Below are positions 46,697 to 56,656 of a stretch of DNA of 64,000 bases, one piece after another. Each line of letters opens with the position of its first letter. Position 1 is the stretch's first letter. The position numbers were made by a program, and so were the translations under genes. Under the pieces are notes generated by a model, which was given only the letters and a program-made list of their open reading frames with translations, did no database searches and was not told where the DNA came from. Origin of the DNA: an uncultured Actinomycetota bacterium (GTDB taxonomy: Bacteria > Actinomycetota > Actinomycetes > Mycobacteriales > QHCD01); NCBI GenBank assembly GCA_963828605.1, contig CAWHER010000001.1, positions 334,102-398,101 on the forward strand. Reading direction: 5' to 3'.

Positions 46697-47605
46697 TCAG
46701 CGCCCTCCCACCAGGCTCGCGGTGACCGCGCGGATGACCCGCAGTCGGCCCGGCCGGGGGTGCCCGGCCAGCACCTCGAGGTCGGCGGCGCCGAGCGCGT
46801 CGATCGCGGCCTGACCTCCGCCGACGTAGCCGGAGACGGCCACCCGGGCAGAGCCGGACAGGGTGCCGACCAGCCGGGCACCGTGGCTCAGCAGGGCCTG
46901 GGTGCGACTGACCTCGAAGGCGAGCAGCCGGTGCAGTCCGGGACCCACTCGGTCGGCCCGCAGGTCCGCCTCGGTCACACCGAACCGCCGCATGTCCTCG
47001 GCCGGCAGGTAGATCCGGCCGTTGCCGACGTCCTCGGCGACGTCCTGCCAGTGCTCGATGAGCTGCAGCGCAGTGCACACGTCGTCGGACAGCACGACCC
47101 GCTCCGGGGTGGCCATGCCGAACACGCCGAGTACGAGATGGCCGACCGGGTTGGCCGACAGCGTGCAGTAGTCGACCAGCTGGTCGTAGGTGTCGTAGCG
47201 CTGCCGGATCTGGTCCCGCCGGTTGGCCTCGACCAGCCGGTGGAAGGGATCGAGCGGCAGTGCCCGGTCGCGGACGGTCGCGGCGAGCCGCTGCAGGACG
47301 ACGAGCCGCGGTGGGGTGTCGCCGACGAGCCGGTCGATGTCGTCGTCGATCGCGTCGAGGAGCGCGTTGCGGTCGCCGGGCGCCTCGTCCCCGGCGTCGT
47401 CGACGAGCCGCGCGAAACCGTAGAGGGCGATCAGATGCCGGCGCCAGCGGGCCGGGACCAGCCGTGACGCCACCGGGAAATTCTCCCGGCTGATCTTGCT
47501 GTCGATGGTGGCGAGGGTGGCCGTGGCATCCAGCCAGTTGCCGTCGACCGGCCGGACGGCGGTATCCGGACCGATCGGCCCGGGACCACCGCGGGCTGAG
47601 TCCAT
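46697..47605 (-). CDS. hpnC: Hydroxysqualene synthase HpnC
   Basis: ENFPVASRLVPARWRRHLIALYGFARLVDDAGDEA...YCTLSANPVGHLVL...LQLIEHWQDVAEDVGNGRIYLP. It is the first gene of the operon. Confidence 0.85.
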   Translation of the reverse strand: MDSARGGPGPIGPDTAVRPVDGNWLDATATLATIDSKISRENFPVASRLVPARWRRHLIALYGFARLVDDAGDEAPGDRNALLDAIDDDIDRLVGDTPPRLVVLQRLAATVRDRALPLDPFHRLVEANRRDQIRQRYDTYDQLVDYCTLSANPVGHLVLGVFGMATPERVVLSDDVCTALQLIEHWQDVAEDVGNGRIYLPAEDMRRFGVTEADLRADRVGPGLHRLLAFEVSRTQALLSHGARLVGTLSGSARVAVSGYVGGGQAAIDALGAADLEVLAGHPRPGRLRVIRAVTASLVGGR

Positions 47606-47949
47606 CTGCCTGTCTCCCCACCTACGAGGGACCCACATCCCTCACCCAAGATCAGATTAGTCGTGCAAGACGCCATCTGGGGGATCGGGGGCGCGTGTCC
47701 CGGCGTGTCCTGCGCGACACAAGTCTCTTGTCGGCTTCGCCTATTCCACCCGGTGTACTCCTCGCGCGATGCGTGACCATGCGTCACGGCGACACCGACC
47801 GTAACGCGCCGCCGTCCCCCGGTCAGCCCATTTCCGGGGCTCCCCTGACGTGGTGGTCGACACCGCGCGGATCCTCACCGCCGGCAGGGACGGCCCGACC
47901 GTTACGTGTCGGTCTGTCGCATCCTAGTGGGCGCAGAGATCGTGGGCTC

Positions 47950-48969
47950 TCACGCGGTCTCGCGGACGACGAGCTCGGTGTGCATGAGCACCCGGCGCCG
48001 GCTCTTGCGGCCTTCGATCGTGTCCACCATCAGGGCGGCGAGCCGGCGGCCCATCTCCACGGCGGGTTGGGCCACGGTCGTGAGCGGTGGCTGGTGGCGG
48101 GCACTGTTCGGGTCGTCGCCGAAGCCGATGACGGCGATGGTGTCGGGAACGCGGACCCGCGCGGCCTTCAGCGCGCGCAGCGCACCGATCGCGCTCACGT
48201 CGGACGCGGCGATGACGGCATCGATCGGCACGCCGCGGGCGAGCAGCTCGGCCATGGCCCGCTCGCCGCCCACCTCGGTGTAGTCGCTGGCGACGATCAG
48301 CCGTTCGTCCACCTTCAGGCCGACCTCGGCCATGCCCTTGCGGTAACCGGCGAGCCGGTCGGTGGCCGACCGCATGCTCGGGATGCCGGTGATCATGCCG
48401 ATGCGCCGGCGGCCCGTCCCGTGCAGGTACTCGACCGCCCGGGTCACCCCGCCGACGTTGTCCGCGTCGACGTAGCGGCACCCGGTCACGTCGAACGGCC
48501 GGCCCATGAACACGACGGGTACGCCGGTCTCCTGCAGGATCCGGCCCAGGGGGTCGCCGCGCTGGGGTGCGATGAGCATCACACCGTCGACGTGCCGGCT
48601 GCCGACGTAATGCTGCAGCCACAGCCGGTCGTCCTTGGAGCGGGCGACGACCAGGATGAACCGGAACGACGTGGGGGACAGGCCGGCGGTGACCCCCTCG
48701 ATCATGTCCGCGAAGAACGGCTCACCGAACACGTGCCGCTGATCCTCGGCGATGACGACGCCGATGGTGTCCGAGCGGCTGGTCACCAGTTGCCGGGCGG
48801 CGAGGTTGGGCACGTAGCCGGTGGCGGCGATCGCCTCGCGCACCGAGCGTTCCAGCTCCGGGCTGACCGGCGTTGAGCCGCGGACCACCCGGGAGACGGT
48901 CGAGGGGGAGACACCGGCCCGTTCGGCGACCCCGGTGAGCGTCGGTCGGGCCGGTCGATCGGATCTCAT
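47950..48969 (-). CDS. LacI-family transcriptional regulator
   Basis: PTLTGVAERAGVSPSTVSRVVRGSTPVSPELERSVREAIAATGYVPNLAARQL is the HTH. A periplasmic-binding-like core follows. The ORF is intact. Confidence 0.9.
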   Translation of the reverse strand: MRSDRPARPTLTGVAERAGVSPSTVSRVVRGSTPVSPELERSVREAIAATGYVPNLAARQLVTSRSDTIGVVIAEDQRHVFGEPFFADMIEGVTAGLSPTSFRFILVVARSKDDRLWLQHYVGSRHVDGVMLIAPQRGDPLGRILQETGVPVVFMGRPFDVTGCRYVDADNVGGVTRAVEYLHGTGRRRIGMITGIPSMRSATDRLAGYRKGMAEVGLKVDERLIVASDYTEVGGERAMAELLARGVPIDAVIAASDVSAIGALRALKAARVRVPDTIAVIGFGDDPNSARHQPPLTTVAQPAVEMGRRLAALMVDTIEGRKSRRRVLMHTELVVRETA

Positions 48970-48997
48970 CGGTGCTCCTCGCCGCGGGTGCCAGGCG

Positions 48998-50412
48998 TCA
49001 TTCTCGCCGAGCGGGCAGAGCGTTGGCGCGGGTGACTCCGGCGAACCAGTCGGCGCTGTCCTTGAGCCTGCGCTGCTGGGTCGCGTAGTCGAGGTGGATC
49101 AGCCCGAACCGGCGGGCGTTGCCCCAGGCCCACTCGAAATTGTCCATGAGCGACCACACGAAGTAGCCACGCAGGTCCACTCCGTCGCCGATCGCCCGGT
49201 GCGCGGCGCGGAAATGGCTGTCGAGGTAGACGATGCGCTCCGGGTCGTGCACCGCGCCGTCGGCGGCGAGGACGTCGTCGAAGGCCGCGCCGTTCTCGGT
49301 CACGTAGAGCGGGGGAGCCTCGTAGTCGCGGGCGACCCGGGTCAGGACGTCGTAGAGACCCTGGTCGTCGATCTCCCAGCCCATCGCCGTCGTCGGGCGG
49401 CCGGTGTCGATCTTCTCCACGCTCTCGGAGCCGACCCAGGTCGTGTTGGGCTCCGGAGTCGCTCCGGGGCGCGCGGCGCGCACCACGTGCCGGCTGTAGT
49501 AGTTGACACCCAGGACGTTCAGCGGCAGGCCGATCTGTTTCTCGTCACCGTCGCGGATGTGGTCGGCGCCGACGACCGGCTCGAGGTCGGCCAGGACGTC
49601 GGCCGGGTAGCGACCGCGCAGGATCGGGTCCAGGAACAGCCGGTTGGAGATGCCGTCGACCCGCCGGGCCGCGTCGACGTCGGCGGCGTCGGTGCCGGCC
49701 GGGTCGGTCGGGTAGAGGTTGAGGGTGATGCCGTAGTCGAGGTCGCCCCGGGCGGACCGCATCGCCTCGCACGGCGAGTCCGTGCCCGAGCATCAGGTGG
49801 TGCGCGGCCCGCACCGACGCGGCCGGCTCCTGACGGCCGGGGGCGTGGTGGCCCGAGGCGTACCCGAGGAACGCCGAGCACCACGGCTCGTTGAGCGTGG
49901 TCCAGTCGCTGACGCGGTCGGCGAACCGGGCATGCACCGCCGCCGCGTAGTCGGCGAACCGGAGCGCCGTCTCCCGCACCGGCCAGCCGCCGGCGTCCTC
50001 GAGCGGCCTGCGGCAGGTCCCAGTGGTAGAGCGTGACCCAGGGGCGGATGCCGGCCGTCCGAGCAGCTCGTCGACCAGCCGGTCGTAGAAGTCGACGCCC
50101 TCCGGGTTGAGCGCGCCAGCGCCCGTCCGGCTGGAGTCGCGGCCAGGCCAGTCGAGAAGCGGTAGGCGCCGACGCCGAGGTCGCGCCATCAGCGCGACGT
50201 CCTCGGGGTAGCGGTGGTAGTGGTCGCAGGCGACGTCACCGGTGTCGCCCCCCAGGATCTTGCCGGGGGTGTGGGCGAAGGTGTCCCAGATCGACTGGCC
50301 GCGGCCGCCCTCGTCCGACGCCGCCCTCGATCTGGTAGCCCGCCGTCGCCGTACCCCAGAGGAAGCCCGCCGGGAAGGTGATCGGGTCGCCGATCGCGTC
50401 GTGGTCGGTCAT
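48998..50412 (-). pseudogene. GH1 beta-glucosidase; several frame switches
   Basis: ATG 50412 gives [30 protein letters not shown], then a frame break. Later segments are [21 protein letters not shown] (acid/base NEP) and YVTENGAAFDD (nucleophile ENG). The C-terminal 254 aa are intact (48998..49762). Confidence 0.85.
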
Positions 50413-50430
50413 GTCGTCGTCCTCTCTCGG

Positions 50431-51384
50431 TCAGTACAGCCAGTGCGCGGCGGCCGGGGCGAGGTCGTCGAGCTCCGGCCACAGGTCCGGGGGGATGTCC
50501 AGGGCGAACTGCTCGACGCACTCGTCGACCCGCTCCGGGCGGGAGAAGCCGACGACAGTGGAGGCGACCCGCTCGTCCCGGGCGGAGAACTGCAGTGCGG
50601 CGGCGACCAGCGGGACCCCGTGACGTGCGCAGGCGGCCTCCATGGCACGGGCGGCCGCCAGGACGTCGGGTGGGGCGCTGCGGTAGGCGTAGCGATCGGA
50701 GGACGAGGTGCCCTTGGCCAGGATGCCGCCGCCGAAGACCGCCGCGTTCACGACCGCCACCCCCTCCTTGACGGCGGTGTCGAGCAGCGGGCCGGCCGAC
50801 CGGTCGAGCAGGGTGTAGCGGTTGTGCGTCAGCAGCACTTCGAACGCGCCGGTCCGGACGTACTGCTCCATGAGCGCGACCGGACCGCCGGCGACGCCGA
50901 GGTGGTCGGCCAGCCCCTCGTCGCGGATCCGGATCAGCTCCTCGACCGGGCCGCCGACCGCCATGCCCGCCTCGAAGCTGATGTGCTCGGGGTCGTGCAG
51001 ATACAGGAGCGGGACCCGGTCGACGCCGAGCCGCCGCAGGCTCTCCTCGATCGACCGGCGCACCCGGGCGCCGGAGAAGTTCCCGGCGGAGTCCCGGTCC
51101 ACTTTCGTGGCCAGGACGAACCCCGGGGCGAGGCCACCGGCCGCGCCGATCGCGACGCCGATGCGCCGCTCGCTCTCGCCGCCGCTGTATCCGTTGGAGG
51201 TGTCCAGGAAGGTGATCGGCCCGGCCAGCACCCGGGCAGCCGTGTCGATGCCGCGCTGTGCCGCGACCTCGTACCCGAAGGCCGCGGGCATGCTGCCCAG
51301 GACACCGCCGCCGGCGCAGACGGCCGACACGGTGAGCCCGGTGTTCCCGAGGGGGCGCAACCAGGGCCGGGGAACCGCGGTCAC
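50431..51384 (-). CDS. Aldo/keto reductase
   Basis: LGNTGLTVSAVCAGGG..., FLDTSNGYSGGESERRIG, VLATKV and LLYLHDPE. The ORF is intact with a GTG start. Confidence 0.85.
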   Translation of the reverse strand: MTAVPRPWLRPLGNTGLTVSAVCAGGGVLGSMPAAFGYEVAAQRGIDTAARVLAGPITFLDTSNGYSGGESERRIGVAIGAAGGLAPGFVLATKVDRDSAGNFSGARVRRSIEESLRRLGVDRVPLLYLHDPEHISFEAGMAVGGPVEELIRIRDEGLADHLGVAGGPVALMEQYVRTGAFEVLLTHNRYTLLDRSAGPLLDTAVKEGVAVVNAAVFGGGILAKGTSSSDRYAYRSAPPDVLAAARAMEAACARHGVPLVAAALQFSARDERVASTVVGFSRPERVDECVEQFALDIPPDLWPELDDLAPAAAHWLY

Positions 51385-51520
51385 CGGGCCTCCTCGATTC
51401 GCATCGGGAAGCCGTCGCGGTCGGTCAGCGACCCGGACGATGGGAAGTCGGTGGTGTCCTGCATCCGGTCGACAGTAACGGCGACGTGATCGAAGCGCGG
51501 AGCGCCGGTGGGTAAGCGCA
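51381..51520 (-). CDS. 46-codon ORF coupled to the AKR gene (GTGA overlap); possible VOC/glyoxalase-like fragment
   Basis: My own translation gives MRLPTGAPRFDHVAVTVDRMQDTTDFPSSGSLTDRDGFPMRIEEAR*. FDHVAVTV resembles the first strand of VOC domains, but the ORF is far too short for a full domain. Confidence 0.25.
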
Positions 51521-51655
51521 TTCCTCGCGGCCGGCGTAGCTTCCGAAGCCCGCGCCGGCCGGTCTTGACACCGCCGTCACCGGCGGCGCAGCATCAGAGC
51601 CCGCCCCAGCGAGGCGGCTGAAGCGACGTGATCGCCCGACCTACCGGGGAGCCCT

Positions 51656-52375
51656 GTGCCGGCCCAGTCCGACGGCCCGACCGAAGTGCTCGTGGTCGGC
51701 GGCACCAGCGGCATCGGCGCGGCCATCGCGAGCTCCTTCGCCGCCACCGGTGCGCGGGTGCGTGTCCTCGGCCTGCGTGCCGACGCCGCGCCCGCGTCGC
51801 TGCGGCGCGCGGCGCAGGTCGTGGAGTTCGACGTGGCCCGGCCGGACGGGGTGGAGGCGGCGATCGCGGACCTGCCGGACCTGCGTGTCCTGGTCAATGC
51901 CGCCGGAGTCATCCGCCGGGACGCGGAGTTCGAGCCGCAGGTGTTCGCCGAGGTGCTCCAGGTCAATCTGACGGCCACCATGCGGGCCTGCGTCGCCGCC
52001 TACCCGGCGCTGAAGATCACCGGTGGCTGTGTCGTGAACCTGGCGTCGATGCTCAGCTTCTTCGGTGGCGCTCGGGTGCCGGGCTACGCCGCGAGCAAGG
52101 GCGGGGTGGCGCAGCTGACCAAGTCACTTGCGGTGGCGTGGGGCCCCGACGGGATCCGGGTGAACGCAGTGGCGCCGGGCTGGATCCGCACCGAGCTCAC
52201 CGGCGACCTGCACGGCGATCCGGTGCAGGCCGGGCAGATCGTCGCGCGGACCCCCTTGGGCCGCTGGGGGGAGCCGTCCGACGTCGCCGACGTCGTCACC
52301 TTCCTGGCCGGCCCGCAGGCACGATTCATCACCGGGGCGATAATTCCGGTCGACGGCGGCTACCTGGTCGCCTGA
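51656..52375 (+). CDS. SDR family oxidoreductase
   Basis: VLVVGGTSGIGAAIA, VNAAG, YAASKGGVAQLTKSLA and ITGAIIPVDGGYLVA*. The ORF is intact. Confidence 0.85.
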   Translation: MPAQSDGPTEVLVVGGTSGIGAAIASSFAATGARVRVLGLRADAAPASLRRAAQVVEFDVARPDGVEAAIADLPDLRVLVNAAGVIRRDAEFEPQVFAEVLQVNLTATMRACVAAYPALKITGGCVVNLASMLSFFGGARVPGYAASKGGVAQLTKSLAVAWGPDGIRVNAVAPGWIRTELTGDLHGDPVQAGQIVARTPLGRWGEPSDVADVVTFLAGPQARFITGAIIPVDGGYLVA

Positions 52376-52412
52376 GAGGCGGACCCTGAGATTCGTATGG
52401 AGGAGTGATCTG

Positions 52413-52913
52413 ATGACATCGTCGGGCGTGGTCATCGCCCCGTCGCCGTACATCCCCACGGAGATCGCCGTCCCGGCGGTGCCGGAGGACGAGCGGATCT
52501 GGGTGCCGCAGGCGGACAACGTGTGGTTCCGGCCGCTGATGTTCAACACCGTCATCGGCCAGTGGTGCAACCTGCTCAAGGTCACCCGCTCCGGCATCGT
52601 GTCCCGGCACCGGCACCCCGGGGCGGTCTTCGGCTACGTCATCAGCGGGAAGTGGCACTACTACGAGCACCCATGGGTCGCCGAGACCGGCCATTTCGTC
52701 TACGAGCCGGCGGGTGAGATCCACACCCTGTCGGTCCCGGAGGACTGCGCCGAGATGATCACCTTCTTCAACATCTCCGGCGCGATGATCTACGTCGACG
52801 AGGACGGCGTGCAGAACGGCTACGAGGACGTCTTCACCAAGATCGACAAGTGCCGGGAGCACTACGAGTCCGTCGGTCTCGGAGCCGACTTCGTGCAGCA
52901 GTTCATCCGCTGA
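52413..52913 (+). CDS. Cupin, 2,4'-dihydroxyacetophenone-dioxygenase-family-like
   Basis: RHRHPGAVFGYVISGKWHYYEHPWVAETGHFVYEPAGEIHTL shows the His-rich cupin motifs. The size of 166 aa fits the family as I recall it. Confidence 0.55.
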   Translation: MTSSGVVIAPSPYIPTEIAVPAVPEDERIWVPQADNVWFRPLMFNTVIGQWCNLLKVTRSGIVSRHRHPGAVFGYVISGKWHYYEHPWVAETGHFVYEPAGEIHTLSVPEDCAEMITFFNISGAMIYVDEDGVQNGYEDVFTKIDKCREHYESVGLGADFVQQFIR

Positions 52914-52934
52914 CCCGTCGGGTGCTCACGGGGT

Positions 52935-53236
52935 GGACATCGAGCCGACGTCCGCCGTCGTCCCGTCGTACTCGTGGTCGCCGCGGTAGCCGTCGATGCC
53001 CTTGGGGAGCACGAACGCGGCGGCGAAGATCCCGATCAACGGGAGGATCAGGTGCGGTCTCAGGTCGCGAGCGGACGTCTGGCCGGCCTCGTCCCGCGGG
53101 CAAGGCGGGCCGCAACGACCCGGCGGGCCTCGGCGCGGGCGTCGCGGCGGACCTCGGCGAAGTAGATGGTCGGGTCCAGCGCACCGCTGACCCAGTCGCG
53201 ACCCTGCGCGTCGGTCACCTTCTCGCGCTTGACCAC
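52935..53236 (-). pseudogene. Small hypothetical membrane-anchored protein; one frame break near 53100
   Basis: VVKREKVTDAQGRDWVSGALDPTIYFAEVRRDARAEARRVVAARLA, then after a shift RDEAGQTSARDLRPHLILPLIGIFAAAFVLPKGIDGYRGDHEYDGTTADVGSMSTP*. GGAGG lies 9 nt upstream of GTG 53236. Confidence 0.35.
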
Positions 53237-53307
53237 GGCCACTCCCTCCACTCTCGTTCCAGCATACCCGGCGGCACCGGCGCGGCGAGGTATGTGCGGC
53301 CGTCTGC

Positions 53308-54096
53308 TCACGTCGCCTGCACCAGGCCCGAGCCGAGCAGGTTGGCCAGTACCCGCACGAGTTCGACGTCGATCTGGGAGAGATCGCCGACCTCGATCGC
53401 GTCCACGGTGAGCATGCCGAGCTTCTGCGATCCCGCGGTGACCGCGACGGCGATCACTGTCCGATAGTCGCCGGGCGCCGTCGGGATGACCAGCGGATCG
53501 GCGTCGGTGTCCTCGATGAAGACCAGGTCGCCGCGGTCGACGAGGTCGACGACGACGTCGCCGGCATCCGTTCCGGCGATGAATTCTGTCCTGGGCAGGG
53601 TCGACCGCCCGGCGTAGGCCTCGCGGGTCAGCCGCTTGTGGTGCGAGTCGGCCCGGTAGAACGCACTGCGCGCCCCCGGTGCGGTCAGCAGGACGGCCGC
53701 CTCGACCACGGCTTGGCGCAGCTTTCCGGCGATGGTGGCCCGTGCCGATCTCCCGGATGCGTCGGCCATCTCGCCGAGATAGCTGGTGATCGGCGCGAAG
53801 GCGCCGTTGAGCGCTGTGCCGAGGACCTCCTCGGCGTCGACCGCGATCTGGGCGGCACTGCGGATCCGTCGGGCGTCGCGGATCTGTTTCAGGGCGCCGC
53901 ATCCGACCACGACACCGGTCAGCACCGCTCCCAGGGCCAACAGGAGGATCCGCCGGCCGGAATGGGCGACGCCGGCCTCGGCGGACGAGATGTAGGCGCC
54001 CCCAGCGGCGGCGACGGCGAGAAGGTTGAGCAGACCTCCAAGCCAACGGGGCCGCAGCCACCCCCGGAGAACGGTGTCGTCGGCGGTGCCTACCAA
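53308..54096 (-). CDS. Membrane-anchored GAF-domain protein
   Basis: Two N-terminal TM helices. The C-terminal ~150 aa have a GAF-like pattern (…SAFYRADSHHKRLTREAYAG…DLVFIEDTDADPL…RTVIAVAVTAGSQKLGMLTVDA…). There is no obvious output domain. Confidence 0.55.
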   Translation of the reverse strand: MVGTADDTVLRGWLRPRWLGGLLNLLAVAAAGGAYISSAEAGVAHSGRRILLLALGAVLTGVVVGCGALKQIRDARRIRSAAQIAVDAEEVLGTALNGAFAPITSYLGEMADASGRSARATIAGKLRQAVVEAAVLLTAPGARSAFYRADSHHKRLTREAYAGRSTLPRTEFIAGTDAGDVVVDLVDRGDLVFIEDTDADPLVIPTAPGDYRTVIAVAVTAGSQKLGMLTVDAIEVGDLSQIDVELVRVLANLLGSGLVQAT

Positions 54097-54222
54097 GGGG
54101 CCTCCGCGTGCCGTCCGCCGTCATTCATGCCGGGGAGCGTAGCGCCGGATACCGACAAAACCATCGTCGACCGGCCCGTGATGGCCGGTGCGGGCGGCGT
54201 CGTGCCGTGGGATGATCGACCG

Positions 54223-55653
54223 ATGCCGGCATTGCGGACCACGTACATCTCGCTCGTCGCGGCGGCCGTCATGGCCGCTCTCGTCTTCGCCCCCGCGGTC
54301 TCCGCGACGCCGGTGGCGGCACCCGCGCCCGGCACGACCGGCACGCCTGGAGCCCCCGGTGCCGGAGACCCCTACTTCCCGCGTCAGGGCAACGGAGGCT
54401 ACGACGTCTCCTCCTACCGCTTGCGGATCGCCTACGATCCCGCCGCTCTCCACCTCGCCGGCGTCGCCCACCTCACCGCGCGTGCGACCCAGCCGCTGTC
54501 CCGGTTCGACCTCGACCTCCGCCGGAATCTCGTGGTCCGATCCGTCCGGGTCGACGGCCGGCCGGCCCGGACGGCTCAGCCGGCGGCTCAGGTGCAGGAA
54601 CTGGTGATCACGCCGGCCCGGTCGTTGCGGAAGGGCGAAAAGTTCACCGTCGACGTGTCCTACGGCGGGAAGGTCGCCTCGGTGACCGATCCGGACGGCT
54701 CCCTGGACGGGTGGATCCCCACCAACGACGGAGTCTTCGTGGCCAGTGAGCCGCAGGGCTCACCGACCTGGTTCCCGGTCAACGACACCCCGACCGACAA
54801 GGCGACCTACGCGGTCTCGATCACCGTTCCGGTCGGCCTCACCGCAGTCTCCAACGGCGCATTGACCGGGGTTCGCCGGACCGCCAACCACACCACCTGG
54901 TCGTGGGCCCTGGACCGGCCGGTCTCCAGCTATCTGGTGACCGCGACGCTCGGGAAGTTCGATCTCTCCCGCGGCCGTACCGCGGCAGGCGTGCCGTGCT
55001 TGACCGCGGTGGATCCGACGCAGAAGGCCAAGGCCGACCCGGTCCTGGCGAAGCTGCCGAGCATGGTCGACTACTTCAGCCGGGTCTACGGGCGTTACCC
55101 CTTCGGTCAGGCCGGAGCGATCGTCGACAACGCGCCCAAGGTCGGTTACGCGTTGGAGACGGCGACCCGTCCGGTGTTCGACAGGGCGCCCGACGAGCTC
55201 ACCCTGGCCCACGAGCTTGCGCACCAGTGGTACGGCGACGACGTCACGCTGGCCCGCTGGCGTGACATCTGGCTCAACGAGGGCTTCGCGGAGTTCTCCT
55301 CCTGGCTGTGGGACGAGCACACCGGCGGAACGACGGGCGCCGAGCACCTCAAGAAGCTGCTCGCCCTCCCCGCCGGCAACTCGGTGTGGAACCCGCCGCC
55401 GGCCAACCCCGGCGCCGCGGACCAGATCTTCTCCAACTCCGTCTACGAGCGCGGCGCCGGAACACTGCAGGCGCTGCGGGAGAAGGTGGGCGACGCCACC
55501 TTCTTCGCCATCATGCGCGGGTGGCTCGTCGCGCACCGCTACGGCAACGCCAAGGTCGGCCAGTTCGTCGCGTTCGCCGAGCGGATCTCGCACCGCGACC
55601 TGACGCCGTTCTTCCACAACTGGCTCTATCGGAAGGGCAAGCCGCTGACCTGA
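54223..55653 (+). CDS. Secreted M1-family zinc metallopeptidase
   Basis: Signal peptide, GNGGYDVSSY, HELAHQWYGD (HExxH) followed by WLNEGFAEF (third Zn ligand Glu). The ORF is intact. Confidence 0.9.
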   Translation: MPALRTTYISLVAAAVMAALVFAPAVSATPVAAPAPGTTGTPGAPGAGDPYFPRQGNGGYDVSSYRLRIAYDPAALHLAGVAHLTARATQPLSRFDLDLRRNLVVRSVRVDGRPARTAQPAAQVQELVITPARSLRKGEKFTVDVSYGGKVASVTDPDGSLDGWIPTNDGVFVASEPQGSPTWFPVNDTPTDKATYAVSITVPVGLTAVSNGALTGVRRTANHTTWSWALDRPVSSYLVTATLGKFDLSRGRTAAGVPCLTAVDPTQKAKADPVLAKLPSMVDYFSRVYGRYPFGQAGAIVDNAPKVGYALETATRPVFDRAPDELTLAHELAHQWYGDDVTLARWRDIWLNEGFAEFSSWLWDEHTGGTTGAEHLKKLLALPAGNSVWNPPPANPGAADQIFSNSVYERGAGTLQALREKVGDATFFAIMRGWLVAHRYGNAKVGQFVAFAERISHRDLTPFFHNWLYRKGKPLT

Positions 55654-55660
55654 GCAACGG

Positions 55661-56536
55661 TCAGAGGTGCCCGATGACGACGACGGTCATCGTGTTCGCG
55701 CACCGGGCGATCACGTGGAGGGTGTCGCCGGGGTTGCCGAACCCGGCTCCCTGCCACGCGTCCGGGCTGTGGGTCGATTCGGACGAGGTCAGGACGGCAA
55801 GGCTGTCGATCGCGCCTGAGGACGTGGTCCACCACGCCCCTCCGGAGACCGGCTTGGAGCCGGTCGGGCAGACGGCCTCGCCGCTGGTGCCGCCCTGGAT
55901 GTTCGCGACGTTCGTGGACGCGGTCACGACCGAATAGAAGCGGCCCAGCGGAGGCGCGGGTGGGGGGATGCACCGTACGGTGGCGTGCAGGATCTGATTG
56001 CTGGCCGCGCCGAGCGCGCGGAACAGCCAGCCGTGACCATCCGGCGTGGGCGCGTCGGCGTACAGCCGGTGGCCGGGCGCAAGGCTGCCGTCGGGCCTGG
56101 TGAAATACCCGCCGCCGCCGAACGCCGAGGTCCCGGCAGGGCAGGTGAAGTTGGCGCGGAAGATGTTGCCCGGGGCTGCCGGGATCGCCACGTGGATCAA
56201 CGTCGCGTGGCTGACCTGTCCGGCCGGCACACACGTCGCCTGCACCACGGTGTACGGCGCCCCGGCCCCGATCGGAGTCCCGATGGAGTAGGAGCTGAGA
56301 CCGTCGAGGCTGAGGGTCAGGTCGGACAGCACGGCGTTGCTGCCGCCGGCCGAGACCGCCTTCGTCCCGGTCGGGCAGGTGGCGAAGCCGCCGGCCGGAC
56401 TGCCGACACCGCCGTAGTAGTAGCGGTAGATGGTCTGGAAGCTCGCTGAGTCGAACGCGCTCGCCGGGGCGGCGGCGAGAAACACGCCCGCTCCGCAGAC
56501 TGCCAGGAGTGCGACCAGCATCGTTCGGATCCGCAT
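55661..56536 (-). CDS. Secreted hypothetical protein built from three tandem ~85-aa Cys-pair modules
   Basis: Signal peptide MRIRTMLVALLAVCGAGVFLAAAPASA. The three modules start TCPTGTKAVSAGG, TCPAGTSAFGGGG and VCPTGSKPVSGGA. They end QATCVP, TVRCIP and IARCAN respectively. Confidence 0.7.
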   Translation of the reverse strand: MRIRTMLVALLAVCGAGVFLAAAPASAFDSASFQTIYRYYYGGVGSPAGGFATCPTGTKAVSAGGSNAVLSDLTLSLDGLSSYSIGTPIGAGAPYTVVQATCVPAGQVSHATLIHVAIPAAPGNIFRANFTCPAGTSAFGGGGYFTRPDGSLAPGHRLYADAPTPDGHGWLFRALGAASNQILHATVRCIPPPAPPLGRFYSVVTASTNVANIQGGTSGEAVCPTGSKPVSGGAWWTTSSGAIDSLAVLTSSESTHSPDAWQGAGFGNPGDTLHVIARCANTMTVVVIGHL

Positions 56537-56656
56537 GGGGATCCCCCCTCACATGCGGCTCGGCCGCCGATGGCCCGGCGCGCCGCAGCCATACTGGTAA
56601 GAGGTTTCAGTCCCGTCGCTGATACGCGCTCAATGCACGCGGAGGGGTCGGCCGTC

